A stretch of DNA of 64,000 nucleotides, taken from positions 32,001 to 96,000 of the IMG/VR virus record IMGVR_UViG_3300046457_000175; one strand, written 5' to 3'. Under the pieces are notes generated by a model. The model saw only the letters and a program-made list of their open reading frames with translations, searched no databases and was not told the DNA's origin. Shown in pieces: positions 30,568 to 39,648 of the stretch (positions are counted from its first letter, which is position 1; each line of letters starts with the position of its first letter). The stretch comes from a virus. Position numbers and translations under genes: made by a program.

Positions 30568-32031
30568 TTAAGCAACCCGGCGGTGGCGAGTGAGGATGAG
30601 TTCGTTGATGTTGGGGTGACCAGGGCGATCGATGTCATCGACGATGAACATGTCTGCACTCTTGCCGCTGATCTTTGAGAGGACGGTCATGTCGTCCGAG
30701 CCGACGTCGAAGCCGGTGAAAGCCTTGCGACGACCGCGAGGCTTCTTCTGGGGCTGGATCTCCGTGAACTCGTTGCCGTCCTCGTCGTAGAGATCGGCGA
30801 CGCTACGATGCATCCGCTTGTCGCCCTTCTGGACCATCTCGCTCTTGGGCCAGTTCCGTCCCGTGAAGATGCAGTGCTCGCCATGCTCTGCGAACCACTC
30901 CTTGGACCACTGCACTTGGCGGTTCTGAGAGCCGTGACCCAGGAGCACCCTGCAATCGCGGTCCCAAAGCTTTCCGCTGCCAGCGCAGGTGAAGGCGTAC
31001 TGGTCGATCGCATGGGTAGACCACAGTTGATCGGCGCCGTGGACGTACCGCATGTTGCTGACCGGATAGGCGGAGCCGATCTTTGGGCAGCGAGCCTGTA
31101 GGACCGAATGGCCGGACGACGAGCTGGTGACGTACTTCGGGCCAGCCTCTGTCGGAGCGGCAGCAGCCGTCACGAAGTGGTCGCCCATGTCGATGCCGAC
31201 GCCGATGTCGTCGAAGTAAGGCATGACGAACTCGTGTTCGTCGTCTTCGGTCGGGATCTTCAGGAGTCGAGCACCGACGAACGTGTCCTGCTTGTTGCCT
31301 GTCCCCTTGCGGAGATCGTCGTAGCCTTCGTTGGCGAGGGCAGACCGCATCGCTTCGACCGCGCCATAGCATCGGCCATGAAGCTTCTTCTCCGGCCAGC
31401 AGAGCGCGCGTGACTGGATGCGGCCCTTGCTGTTCTTGGTGTAGGCGACTGCCAGGTCGCCAGCGCCGTAAGGAGCGACCGGCCATTCCGGGAGATCGTG
31501 GAAGTCGTGAGCGCCATCCATGCACGACGACGGGCCGTGCTTGTAGACGTAGACGATCTCCTCCGGCGTCGTCGCATAGAAGACCTCGCCGCTCGGATCG
31601 ATGGCAGCGATCAGCTCGCGACGGCGCTTGTCGACCATCTTCCTGTCGTCGGTCTCGTAGAACCGGCTGATGTAGCGGCCCGGAGTGAGGGCGGTCAGCT
31701 TCTGGATGATCCCGTGATCCTCGCTCTCGATGAACGCGATCTTGCTGATGTCGGGAGCCCACAGATGGGCGAAGTGATCTTTGATCGGTTCCAGGTCCCA
31801 CTTCTTTGGCAGCAGTGTCAGCTCGCCCGAATCCAGGCGCTTCTGCATCGCAGCTCGCCAGTCGCCTGCCTGAGCAATGCGTCGGCACTGGACCTTGAGG
31901 CCGCTCGAAGCAGCTACTGTTTTGGAAGCCTTTGCTGCATCGGCTCCCTTGTCGAACGTTCCGCAGTCCGGCAGAGGCGTCTCAACGAGATTGCCGTCTG
32001 CGTCGCGGTCCAACCTGACCAGGTAGAACAT
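30568..32031 (-). CDS. hypothetical protein (peptidase-associated)
   Basis: 487 aa; GPSSCMDG, RALCW, PYFDD; GGAG RBS after a box. Confidence 0.75.
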   Translation of the reverse strand: MFYLVRLDRDADGNLVETPLPDCGTFDKGADAAKASKTVAASSGLKVQCRRIAQAGDWRAAMQKRLDSGELTLLPKKWDLEPIKDHFAHLWAPDISKIAFIESEDHGIIQKLTALTPGRYISRFYETDDRKMVDKRRRELIAAIDPSGEVFYATTPEEIVYVYKHGPSSCMDGAHDFHDLPEWPVAPYGAGDLAVAYTKNSKGRIQSRALCWPEKKLHGRCYGAVEAMRSALANEGYDDLRKGTGNKQDTFVGARLLKIPTEDDEHEFVMPYFDDIGVGIDMGDHFVTAAAAPTEAGPKYVTSSSSGHSVLQARCPKIGSAYPVSNMRYVHGADQLWSTHAIDQYAFTCAGSGKLWDRDCRVLLGHGSQNRQVQWSKEWFAEHGEHCIFTGRNWPKSEMVQKGDKRMHRSVADLYDEDGNEFTEIQPQKKPRGRRKAFTGFDVGSDDMTVLSKISGKSADMFIVDDIDRPGHPNINELILTRHRRVA

Positions 32032-32393
32032 ATTTGCTCCGTTTGCATTCAAGCATGCCGGCAGGCATGGCTTTCCCTTGGATGGCCCGCGGAACCTGAA
32101 TTGGTCCCGCGAACCGCGACAGCTCTTATTTGCATTCAAGCAAGCAGAAGAGCAAGTGAAATTTCAGCCCCCAATTGGGCATTTAGTGCAGGTCTATCTC
32201 GCGAATTAAAAAGGCGAAGCCAGATGACAGCCTCGCCGCATTTGAGAACGATCATTTTTGACGCCCTTACTGTTACTCTTTTGGGGTTCTGTCCGCCCCG
32301 TCATAGCCAAAAGAGGTCTTTGCAATGTGATGCTTTCAGTCAGTCATTTCAGATGCAGTCGCCGGCTCTACCGCGTCGGCCAGCTCTCCTGGT

Positions 32394-32585
32394 TCAGTCC
32401 TCCTTGTCCACGTAGTCGATGATGAAAGATGCAAGGCCATCCTCGTGAGCTGCATCGCAGACCGCGTCGATGTTCTTGTACTGGCCGTGCCAGCGTTTTC
32501 CGGGCCACTTCGCCCGGAGTGTGGTCCCGTTCAGCCTGGCGCAGAGCACAGGCTTGCCGGCTTGTTCGTCAGAGTCATCGGCCAT
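32394..32585 (-). CDS. hypothetical protein
   Basis: GAAGGA RBS. Confidence 0.55.
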   Translation of the reverse strand: MADDSDEQAGKPVLCARLNGTTLRAKWPGKRWHGQYKNIDAVCDAAHEDGLASFIIDYVDKED

Positions 32586-32587
32586 GA

Positions 32588-33316
32588 TCACTCGTCCTTC
32601 CAGTCGATGGTGATGGTCCCATCGGGACCGGTTACAAGCTCGGCCTCGAAGAACTCGACGGCCTTGCGAATGGCGGGCATGTAAGGGCCTGTCCCGCGCC
32701 TTGCGCGATGGGCGGCCACGTTGGTGAAGTATGCGGATGTTCCCAGCTCGCAGTCGAGACCGCGGATGGAGAATCCGTCTTCCCTTGCCCGTGTTCTGAT
32801 GGCGTCCGCCAGCGGCTCACCGATGATGGCAAGCGGCTTTTCGTGGTATCGAAACAGCTCGATCCCGAGTGCCTTGGCGTGCTGCTTGATCTCGTGGCAT
32901 GTTCGATGCGGTAGGATGTGATGGATGCGGTTCACGCCCATGGTTGGCGCAGCCCGTCTGAGTTCCTCGTCCTCTCCGGCGGTCCATGGCAGGCGGCGAA
33001 AGCCTAGCCCTGGTGTCGTGTCGCGCTTGTTCTGGAGAGAGTTTCTCGATCTGTCAGGCGGCAACAATTGTTGCAGCTGTGCCGTCTTCAGGTGTCGATT
33101 GCGCCGAATGATGTCCAGCTCGCCGGATGTCCAGGCGTTGCCATTCCTGACAAAGAAGGTGCTATCGAACTTCTCGGCACCAGAACTTCTGGAGGCAGTC
33201 CGGACACTCGATGGCCTCGACTGACTTGTCTCCCTCTTCGTCGAAGTGGAAGTTGCAGTAGGGGCAGTCGAAGTGGGTTCGGAGAGAACCGATGATGTGT
33301 TCTTCATAGTTGTCAC
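32588..33316 (-). CDS. protein with two Myb/SANT-like repeats and an HTH-like C-terminus (start uncertain)
   Basis: WTSGELDII and WTAGEDEEL repeats. Confidence 0.6.
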   Translation of the reverse strand: MTTMKNTSSVLSEPTSTAPTATSTSTKRETSQSRPSSVRTASRSSGAEKFDSTFFVRNGNAWTSGELDIIRRNRHLKTAQLQQLLPPDRSRNSLQNKRDTTPGLGFRRLPWTAGEDEELRRAAPTMGVNRIHHILPHRTCHEIKQHAKALGIELFRYHEKPLAIIGEPLADAIRTRAREDGFSIRGLDCELGTSAYFTNVAAHRARRGTGPYMPAIRKAVEFFEAELVTGPDGTITIDWKDE

Positions 33317-33326
33317 GCTCGCTCAC
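33162..33326 (-). CDS. Zn-ribbon microprotein
   Basis: CPYC...CPDC. Confidence 0.6.
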   Translation of the reverse strand: MSERDNYEEHIIGSLRTHFDCPYCNFHFDEEGDKSVEAIECPDCLQKFWCREVR

Positions 33327-33526
33327 GCAAATGCTCGCTTGTTGGCGTCGATGAAGCGCCGCTCGCTGCGACGCTCCAGTCCTCGCCACGTCTTTGCGAA
33401 TGGTTCATGGTGGCGCTTCCAGGTGCTGGCTTCCATGAGGAAGCGGAACGCAGCACCCAGCTTGCGCTGTGCCGGCGACCCCTTATCGCAAGGGTGCCGC
33501 CACCTCCGGCGCCGGAGCCGCTTCAT
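33323..33526 (-). CDS. hypothetical basic protein
   Basis: coupled ORF. Confidence 0.5.
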   Translation of the reverse strand: MKRLRRRRWRHPCDKGSPAQRKLGAAFRFLMEASTWKRHHEPFAKTWRGLERRSERRFIDANKRAFA

Positions 33527-33792
33527 GCGATAGCCTTCCGCTTCATCGTGTCGACGATGCAGTCGTACTCGATCGGATTGTGATCCTTGAGGAACTGCAG
33601 CGCGCTCTGGTGGTATTCGCTACCGGCTTCGGCGACGTCGACGACGAACCGCCATGCCTCGATGTCGGTCTTGAAGACGTCCTGCTCGTCGCACTTCTGC
33701 AACTGCCACGGACCGTTCTCGCTGCCGTGGCATTCGGAAATACACCAGCCCTCATCGGCAGCCGGGTCGTTGTTGAACGCCGGCCCGGTCAT
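33523..33792 (-). CDS. hypothetical protein
   Basis: coupled ORF, AAGGTGG RBS. Confidence 0.65.
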   Translation of the reverse strand: MTGPAFNNDPAADEGWCISECHGSENGPWQLQKCDEQDVFKTDIEAWRFVVDVAEAGSEYHQSALQFLKDHNPIEYDCIVDTMKRKAIA

Positions 33793-34178
33793 GCTGCCAC
33801 CTTGTAGAGGACCTCGTGACGGTAGAACTGAGGTTTCGGAGCCTCGTACCAGAACGCCACCCGGGGCGGCTCCTCGAAGACGGAGATCACGATCGGGTTG
33901 ACCGTGTGATAGAGGCGGGCCGCCTTGCGCAGGGTCCGCCCGCTTTCGCGAGCAGTGTCGATGATCAGAAGCCGGAATTTCGAGGGGCAGTGCTGACCGT
34001 ACGGGATGTACGGGATGTGCAGCATGTGCGAGGTGTAGACCGCGGCGACCGAGCCGGACCGGCCTGGGCCTGTGACTGCGCCGATGTCGTCGAGCTGATG
34101 CTGCTGCAGGACGATACGCAGCTGGGAGGCAAACTCTTCTTCGCTGACGATGCGGATGGATTTTCTGGGCTCAGTCAT
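33789..34178 (-). CDS. type I phosphoribosyltransferase-like protein
   Basis: VTGPGRSG and LLIIDTARESGRTL PRPP-binding-like motif. Confidence 0.6.
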   Translation of the reverse strand: MTEPRKSIRIVSEEEFASQLRIVLQQHQLDDIGAVTGPGRSGSVAAVYTSHMLHIPYIPYGQHCPSKFRLLIIDTARESGRTLRKAARLYHTVNPIVISVFEEPPRVAFWYEAPKPQFYRHEVLYKVAA

Positions 34179-34395
34179 GGTGCTGCTCCTGGTCTGCGTT
34201 GAGTTCGTTGACGAGAACACGTTCCGGAAAGTCGGGAGGCAGGCCGAACGCTTGCAGCGCCAGCTCGACAATCGGTTGAAATTCTGTGGGCACATCGCCC
34301 TGGTGGTCGCAGACGAGATTGACCAACCGTCTCGCAGCCTCGAAGGCGCGGAAGGCTTCCTTGATCTGGGCATCGTCACCCAATCGTCTCGGCAT
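34171..34395 (-). CDS. hypothetical protein
   Basis: GGGAG RBS. Confidence 0.55.
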   Translation of the reverse strand: MPRRLGDDAQIKEAFRAFEAARRLVNLVCDHQGDVPTEFQPIVELALQAFGLPPDFPERVLVNELNADQEQHHD

Positions 34396-34418
34396 GTTCG
34401 TCTCCCGTGGTAGGGCGA

Positions 34419-34440
34419 CCCGTCCCCCGAAGGAGACGGG
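34419..34440 (-). terminator. C(UUCG)G hairpin 3' of the 305-aa gene (no U tract)
   Basis: CCCGTCTCC-TTCG-GGGGACGGG. Confidence 0.45.
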
Positions 34441-34453
34441 CCGCTTTGCTGGC

Positions 34454-35371
34454 TCAGCCGTAACGGACGTTCTTGTTCAGCGCCCAGTAGGGGCCGTTGC
34501 CGTCCCTCGGATCGAGGTACAGCGACTTCTGGCTGTCACGACGCAGCTTCACGATCGTGCAGGCGCGGATGCCGAAGCCCTGACGCGAGGCGTAGACGGT
34601 CTGACCGACGCGGCGGGTCTGGCCGGCGACGTACATCTCGGTCGGAGCGTCGGTGGAGGGCGCAGCGACCGGGGCGACCGAAGCCACCTCGTCCTCCTGC
34701 TCCTCATCACCGTCCTCGTTGTTGCCGTCGAGAGCTTCTGCGAGCTGGCCGATATCTTCCGAAGCGATCGGCTCGGCAACCTTCGGCGCCTCGATCACCA
34801 GCGCGAATACGCCGGCAACTTCGTCGACGTCGGTTTCAGCACGGGCTGCATCCTCGGAGGCGTACAGCTCCTCGTCGATGGTCAGCTTGCGACCGTCGCG
34901 GCCGATGACCACGTAGATGGTCCGCGGATACGGCTGGTCCTGCTCGACCTTGTGATCGCCGGAAGCCGAGTCGCCGTCCGTGTCGAACTGGTCGATGCAC
35001 TGCTCGCCGTGCTTCCAGAAGGTGATTACGACCGGATGCAGGCTGCCCTTCAGCACGGTGACGATCTTGGCTTCGTCGAAGGCCTCGTCGTTGTAGTCCG
35101 CGCTGTCGAGCACGACGATCGGCAGGTTGAAGTCGATCAGGCCGATCGGGTACTGCGGGATGGTCGGCGGGGTCTCGGGAGCGGGGAGGGCCAGCGCCAC
35201 TTCGGGCGGGAGGATCTCACCGTTCAGCGGAGCCTCGTCATTCACAGCCACGAAGACGACGGGCTCGGGCTGGGGCTCAGGAGTCGGCGCCGGCTGCTGA
35301 TCTTCGATCGGTGCCGCGGCGATTGCGGTGGCGGCGTAGAGGTAGGGACGGTCTTGGCTGGGATCGCTCAT
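34454..35371 (-). CDS. acidic Pro/Glu-rich hypothetical protein
   Basis: 305 aa, GAAGGAAA RBS. Confidence 0.75.
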   Translation of the reverse strand: MSDPSQDRPYLYAATAIAAAPIEDQQPAPTPEPQPEPVVFVAVNDEAPLNGEILPPEVALALPAPETPPTIPQYPIGLIDFNLPIVVLDSADYNDEAFDEAKIVTVLKGSLHPVVITFWKHGEQCIDQFDTDGDSASGDHKVEQDQPYPRTIYVVIGRDGRKLTIDEELYASEDAARAETDVDEVAGVFALVIEAPKVAEPIASEDIGQLAEALDGNNEDGDEEQEDEVASVAPVAAPSTDAPTEMYVAGQTRRVGQTVYASRQGFGIRACTIVKLRRDSQKSLYLDPRDGNGPYWALNKNVRYG

Positions 35372-35488
35372 CTAGTTTCCTTCGGTGGTTGCGGGCCGGT
35401 TGAAACTCACCCCCGTTCGTGAGGGCGGCGCGCGGGTTCAGAACGGGGGTGTGCAAAGGCTTGCATTCAAGCAAGCGAGAAGGCATGG

Positions 35489-35935
35489 CTACGCCAGGCG
35501 GACTTGGTCCAGGCCGCAGGCGGTGGCCCAGTTGACCTCGCCGGTTGTCAGGAACATGTCGATCGCGGCGAGCGCGGCGCCCGGCGTGATGTCGTCGTAC
35601 GCCATGTCGTCGATCTGTTCGAGATCGGGGTAGTAGAGCGGCTTGAGCGCGTCGGCGTAGCCTTCGTTGACATAGCGACCAGCGCTCGGGCTCGTCGTCG
35701 TGCGGTCCCGGCTCATGACGTGCCAGACCCAGCCGCCGATGCAGCAGGTCGTGCCGCACTTGGACGCCTTCTCGGCGAAATTCATGTTGAAACCGTCCGG
35801 ATGCTCGACGTCGCTGTTCGGGTCGTGTTTGAACGTGCCCTTTGCGAACAGCTCACGGACCTCCAGCAGCGCCCGATGCTCGCCGGACGTGATCTCCAGG
35901 GCTGCCGCCGGAAGAAACTCTCTGTCGTTGCTCAT
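35489..35935 (-). CDS. hypothetical protein
   Basis: CGTTCCIGGW motif; GGAG RBS. Confidence 0.7.
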   Translation of the reverse strand: MSNDREFLPAAALEITSGEHRALLEVRELFAKGTFKHDPNSDVEHPDGFNMNFAEKASKCGTTCCIGGWVWHVMSRDRTTTSPSAGRYVNEGYADALKPLYYPDLEQIDDMAYDDITPGAALAAIDMFLTTGEVNWATACGLDQVRLA

Positions 35936-36035
35936 CTCAAAATCTCCGTGTTGGGCTCGCCTCGAATAGAGGGCGTTTGCAGGAACTGCAAGCACAAATT
36001 TGCAGGAATGCAAATTATCTGCTAGAGCATGTGGC

Positions 36036-36473
36036 ATGCAGCGAACCGAGATTTTTTACGGACTCCCTTGGCTTCAGACGAAGCCGGAACTCAAAATCTT
36101 CAAGGAACTCGGCTTCGCTTGTGTCTATGCGGTCGGCCCTTCCGGGGGTCGGCCGCTTAAGATCAGCTGGTCACGTCAGTTCCGGGAGAAGCTGATCGAG
36201 CTTCAGGGCGGCAACTGGAATGCACTCCAGGTCCATGACGTTGCCTGGATGTCTGGCGACCTCGTGGCCATGCGGACGGTCAGTGATATGACTGCCATCC
36301 TCGACAAGGCGAAGCGCAGGCTGATTGGGGACTGGTTCGATGTGACACCAGAACTCGCCAAGCAAACGCTGCGCCTCGCCACGGATAAGGCCGGCATCCC
36401 GACTTTCACCCATGTCGAAATGCTCGACAAGGTGAAGAAGGAACGGAACCGTCGGATCGCCGTATTGCAGTGA
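36036..36473 (+). CDS. degenerate T5orf172/GIY-YIG-like protein
   Basis: CVYAVG...PLKISWS...LQGGN resembles Y-x-KIG-x-RL..LQTG. Confidence 0.5.
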   Translation: MQRTEIFYGLPWLQTKPELKIFKELGFACVYAVGPSGGRPLKISWSRQFREKLIELQGGNWNALQVHDVAWMSGDLVAMRTVSDMTAILDKAKRRLIGDWFDVTPELAKQTLRLATDKAGIPTFTHVEMLDKVKKERNRRIAVLQ

Positions 36474-36479
36474 GCACGC

Positions 36480-36725
36480 CTAACGCTGCCGCTTGACGTA
36501 AGGGTGACTGCACTCGCTGCCGTCGAGGAAGCGATAGTGGACGCGACTGCCGCGGATCAGAGTTGCCTCAGCCGGGACGTTGAACGCCGAGACATTGGCG
36601 ACCCTCTCCAGGTGGAGCGTGGCCATGGTGCGGCCGGTCTGGTTCGCTTCTCGTTGCAGCATTGTGGCGTGCCAGCCGCGAGCCCAGCCGTTGGCGTTGA
36701 TCCGGTCGATCTCTTTCTGCGCCAT
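36480..36725 (-). CDS. hypothetical protein
   Basis: GAGGAAG RBS. Confidence 0.6.
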   Translation of the reverse strand: MAQKEIDRINANGWARGWHATMLQREANQTGRTMATLHLERVANVSAFNVPAEATLIRGSRVHYRFLDGSECSHPYVKRQR

Positions 36726-36732
36726 GTCTTCC

Positions 36733-37044
36733 TCAGTTGCCGGTTAAGAAGTCCATGAGACGATCCTTCACGTCGTGATCGTCGCACTGGATGGTGATCT
36801 CGGTGCCGGTACACGAGACGGTGGCAGCGAGCAGGTCGGGATGCGGAAGCTGCAGAACGGCGTCGCGCCTTGCCCTGCACCTACGCGCTTTGACCTGGTC
36901 GATCTGCTTCTGTGCCTCGGTCAGCGACTTCTTGCGACGAAACTCCATCGCCGACTTGAAGTTGATGCCCTTGCCGCTGTAGCTGACCCAACACGGTGGA
37001 TCGATCGTGTAGGCCAGCTGCTTTACGTCTTGCTCGTAAGGCAT
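36733..37044 (-). CDS. hypothetical protein
   Basis: GGAG RBS. Confidence 0.6.
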   Translation of the reverse strand: MPYEQDVKQLAYTIDPPCWVSYSGKGINFKSAMEFRRKKSLTEAQKQIDQVKARRCRARRDAVLQLPHPDLLAATVSCTGTEITIQCDDHDVKDRLMDFLTGN

Positions 37045-37556
37045 TTCTCGATCTCCTTGATGAAGTCGAGCAGGGCGCCCGTGGTGATCGCGTAACCGCC
37101 TTCGTACGTCGCGGTCTCTCGGTAGAGCTTCTTCATTTGCTCCAGGACGCGACGCAGATCCTTCGACGGATCACGTCCGCAGTCCTCGAAGGCCACCTCG
37201 CGGCAGCGCCGCATCATGAACTCGTAGGCGCCTTCGCCATCGTCGTTCCAGCCCAGAGACCGCGCGACCTTCAGGAGGTATTCTCCTGTCCGACGCTCTC
37301 GCTCTGGCTCGTCCACGAGTTTCATGTCGACGTGCTGAGCAATCTCGTTCGGGTCGACGCGACGCCGCTCGCCGTCCTTCTCGTCGGACATGACGATGAA
37401 GTTGCCGTTTCGGGTGTCGATCCGGATGTTGACGTATTTGAACTCCGCCTTCTTGATCCAGGCGAAATGCTTCAATACGCTGATGAAGCGGCCGAGACCG
37501 GTGTACCAGCGGTTGAACTCGACGCCGTTGCTCGGCCACTCTCGTTGCTCAGACAT
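37023..37556 (-). CDS. hypothetical protein
   Basis: GGAGG RBS, TGATG coupling. Confidence 0.7.
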   Translation of the reverse strand: MSEQREWPSNGVEFNRWYTGLGRFISVLKHFAWIKKAEFKYVNIRIDTRNGNFIVMSDEKDGERRRVDPNEIAQHVDMKLVDEPERERRTGEYLLKVARSLGWNDDGEGAYEFMMRRCREVAFEDCGRDPSKDLRRVLEQMKKLYRETATYEGGYAITTGALLDFIKEIEKCLTSKT

Positions 37557-37729
37557 CAGTCCTCCAAAATTACCCGAACGCGCTTGACGGTGTGGCTGCG
37601 AAGCTGGTGGTATTCGGTAATGTAGAATTGAGCATCGCGCTTCGTGATGCAGACCGAGTCCACCTGGATCGTCCCGCGTTTGTTGACGATGGCGTAGCCG
37701 AGCTGGCCCTTCTTCTTACTTCGCGGCAT
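37556..37729 (-). CDS. 57-aa basic protein
   Basis: MPRSKKKGQLGYAIV...; coupled both sides. Confidence 0.55.
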   Translation of the reverse strand: MPRSKKKGQLGYAIVNKRGTIQVDSVCITKRDAQFYITEYHQLRSHTVKRVRVILED

Positions 37730-38261
37730 TCATCAGCTCCTGCTCGGCTCTGGCAACGCCTTCCCAGGCCTCCTGCCAGATGCCGAAGCAGTACTGGCGG
37801 ACGTTCGTGAGCACCGGCATCAGCAACAGCTTCTCAGGGATGTAGAGCTTGCGCGCAAAGCTGGGGTTGTTCGCGACGATGTCGCGGGTGTTGCTGATGG
37901 TGTCGGCACACTTGACCATTTGACCGCGCCAGGACGCGCCGGCCAGGTATTGCCGATCGAGCCGCTTCCGCCTGCCGCGAAGGCCATGCTCTGGCCGGCT
38001 GACGTCCGTCACCTCCAGCACCATCTCGGCGATGTCGTTCCCGAACTCGCGGGAGACAGCGTTGTAATCGCTATCGGTGTCTTCGAGGACGTCGTGCAAC
38101 CACCCAGCAGCAACCACGTCTGCGGTCGCCGAGTATCGCAGGAGAATGGAAGCGACCTCCTCAAGGTGGTGCCAATAGGGGATGTCGCCGTAGTCGCGCT
38201 TCTGGTCGCCGTGCGCCTTGATTGCGAAGTCCTTAGCGGCGTGGATCAGTCCGAGGTCCAT
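37716..38261 (-). CDS. HD-domain (p)ppGpp hydrolase-like protein (Mesh1/SAH type)
   Basis: FAIKAHGDQKR...PYWHHL.EV...WLHDVLEDT...EVTD...VKCADTISN. Confidence 0.85.
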   Translation of the reverse strand: MDLGLIHAAKDFAIKAHGDQKRDYGDIPYWHHLEEVASILLRYSATADVVAAGWLHDVLEDTDSDYNAVSREFGNDIAEMVLEVTDVSRPEHGLRGRRKRLDRQYLAGASWRGQMVKCADTISNTRDIVANNPSFARKLYIPEKLLLMPVLTNVRQYCFGIWQEAWEGVARAEQELMNAAK

Positions 38262-38458
38262 CAGGCGGCTCTCTGGTTGTCGTTGTTGGCGGCGCGGACT
38301 TCATCCAGGCTCATGGAGGGGACGCTGATGCTGAGTTGCATCGGTTCCTTCCAGGAGAAGCCGGCGTAGTCGCGGTGGGTGTGAATGTGCTTGAACTGGT
38401 GGACCACGAAGGTCTCGAACGGGAGCCGGTACTCGGGGCCGGTTACGAATGCGAACAT
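38261..38458 (-). CDS. hypothetical protein
   Basis: TGATG coupling. Confidence 0.6.
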   Translation of the reverse strand: MFAFVTGPEYRLPFETFVVHQFKHIHTHRDYAGFSWKEPMQLSISVPSMSLDEVRAANNDNQRAA

Positions 38459-38697
38459 CAGATCCTCATCAGTTTGCGGCGCTGCGTGGTGCTCATGCCG
38501 AGCAGCAGGCAGGCTAGTTCGTGGCCCTCGGTGTCACCGCGTTCGAGTGCGCTCTCGATGCAGCCCTTGACGTGGACGTCGCGGACATTGCCGTCGTCGA
38601 GGACGACGTGGAGCGCGCCCCAGGAAGGATTGGCCTCGCGATAGGCGCGGAACCGATCGACGACCTGGGGCACGGAGAGGGAGTTGCTGGGCTTCAT
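38458..38697 (-). CDS. hypothetical protein
   Basis: WGALHVVLDDGN motif; AAGGA RBS downstream of a box. Confidence 0.65.
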   Translation of the reverse strand: MKPSNSLSVPQVVDRFRAYREANPSWGALHVVLDDGNVRDVHVKGCIESALERGDTEGHELACLLLGMSTTQRRKLMRI

Positions 38698-38863
38698 TTG
38701 CGTAATCCTTGCACGAAAGTCAGTTGCATTCAAGCAAAGATTATGGCACACCAGACCAGCGCCGAGATCGCCAGAGCGGTCACTACTGTCTTTGCGCGGA
38801 TGAACTCGGTCGCTGGAGCCTGGAGCATGTTGCTTTCCTTGTTGATGATGCTGGTGGGGACGA

Positions 38864-39046
38864 TCAGGCGAAACCTGCGACCTCGCCAGACTTCATGAGG
38901 ATTGCGACGAACCCGAAGTCGAAGGTCCGGTCGTCGTTGCGCTGACGCCGCGGCTTGACACGGAAGGCGTCGGCTCGCTTCTCCTCCACTGCCTTCTGGG
39001 CGGCGGAACGTGCGGATCGCTCGGAGATGTAGAGATTCTTGTCCAT
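38864..39046 (-). CDS. hypothetical protein
   Basis: GAGG RBS. Confidence 0.55.
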   Translation of the reverse strand: MDKNLYISERSARSAAQKAVEEKRADAFRVKPRRQRNDDRTFDFGFVAILMKSGEVAGFA

Positions 39047-39054
39047 GGGGTTCC

Positions 39055-39456
39055 TCACTTCTTCTTCATGAAGCCGACGTTGATCATCGTGGTGCCGTAC
39101 TTCTGACAGAAGAAGCCGTTGCCCTTTTTGAGTTCGTCCAGCAGGACCTCCAAGTTGGTCCGGACCCGCTGTGTCACGGCTGGAATGAGCTTGGTGCGGT
39201 CGTACTCCAGGCCGAACGTCACCTGGATCGCAGCCTGGATGGCCGGGGCCAGAGTATCGAAGTCGGCACCGACCTGATCGGCGGCCTGTTGGGCTCCGCC
39301 GTCGATGAAGTCGTATTTGTCGCACTTCATCGCGACCACGAATGCGATGGATTCGAGATTGACGAAGTCCGAGTCGGTCTTGTTGAAGGCCTCGGCAGGA
39401 GAGGAGAAGGCAAGCGCCAGCGTCACCGCCGACGCCATGATGGCGTGCAGTTTCAT
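39055..39456 (-). CDS. exported protein with signal peptide
   Basis: MKLHAIMASAVTLALAFSSPAEA; two Cys. Confidence 0.75.
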   Translation of the reverse strand: MKLHAIMASAVTLALAFSSPAEAFNKTDSDFVNLESIAFVVAMKCDKYDFIDGGAQQAADQVGADFDTLAPAIQAAIQVTFGLEYDRTKLIPAVTQRVRTNLEVLLDELKKGNGFFCQKYGTTMINVGFMKKK

Positions 39457-39486
39457 AGTCGTAGTCCTTGTGGTGGGGTTCGAAGG

Positions 39487-39648
39487 TTAGCGGGAGAGGC
39501 CGAGCGCCTCGCGGCGATCAGCTTCGTTCAAGACCTTGTTAATCTCGGCCATTTCGATGTGCGCCTCGCGAGGGACCGAGGCCGTCCAGTGGATGCCGTA
39601 TCGGGCAACCAGCCGCTTGAAGCGCTCGATTGCTTCGTCTTTGGTCAT
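39487..39648 (-). CDS. hypothetical protein
   Basis: GGAG RBS. Confidence 0.55.
   Translation of the reverse strand: MTKDEAIERFKRLVARYGIHWTASVPREAHIEMAEINKVLNEADRREALGLSR

Noticed and set aside
32224-32415. Small + strand ORF in the AT-rich gap
   Set aside because: No RBS and atypical codon usage; more likely promoter DNA
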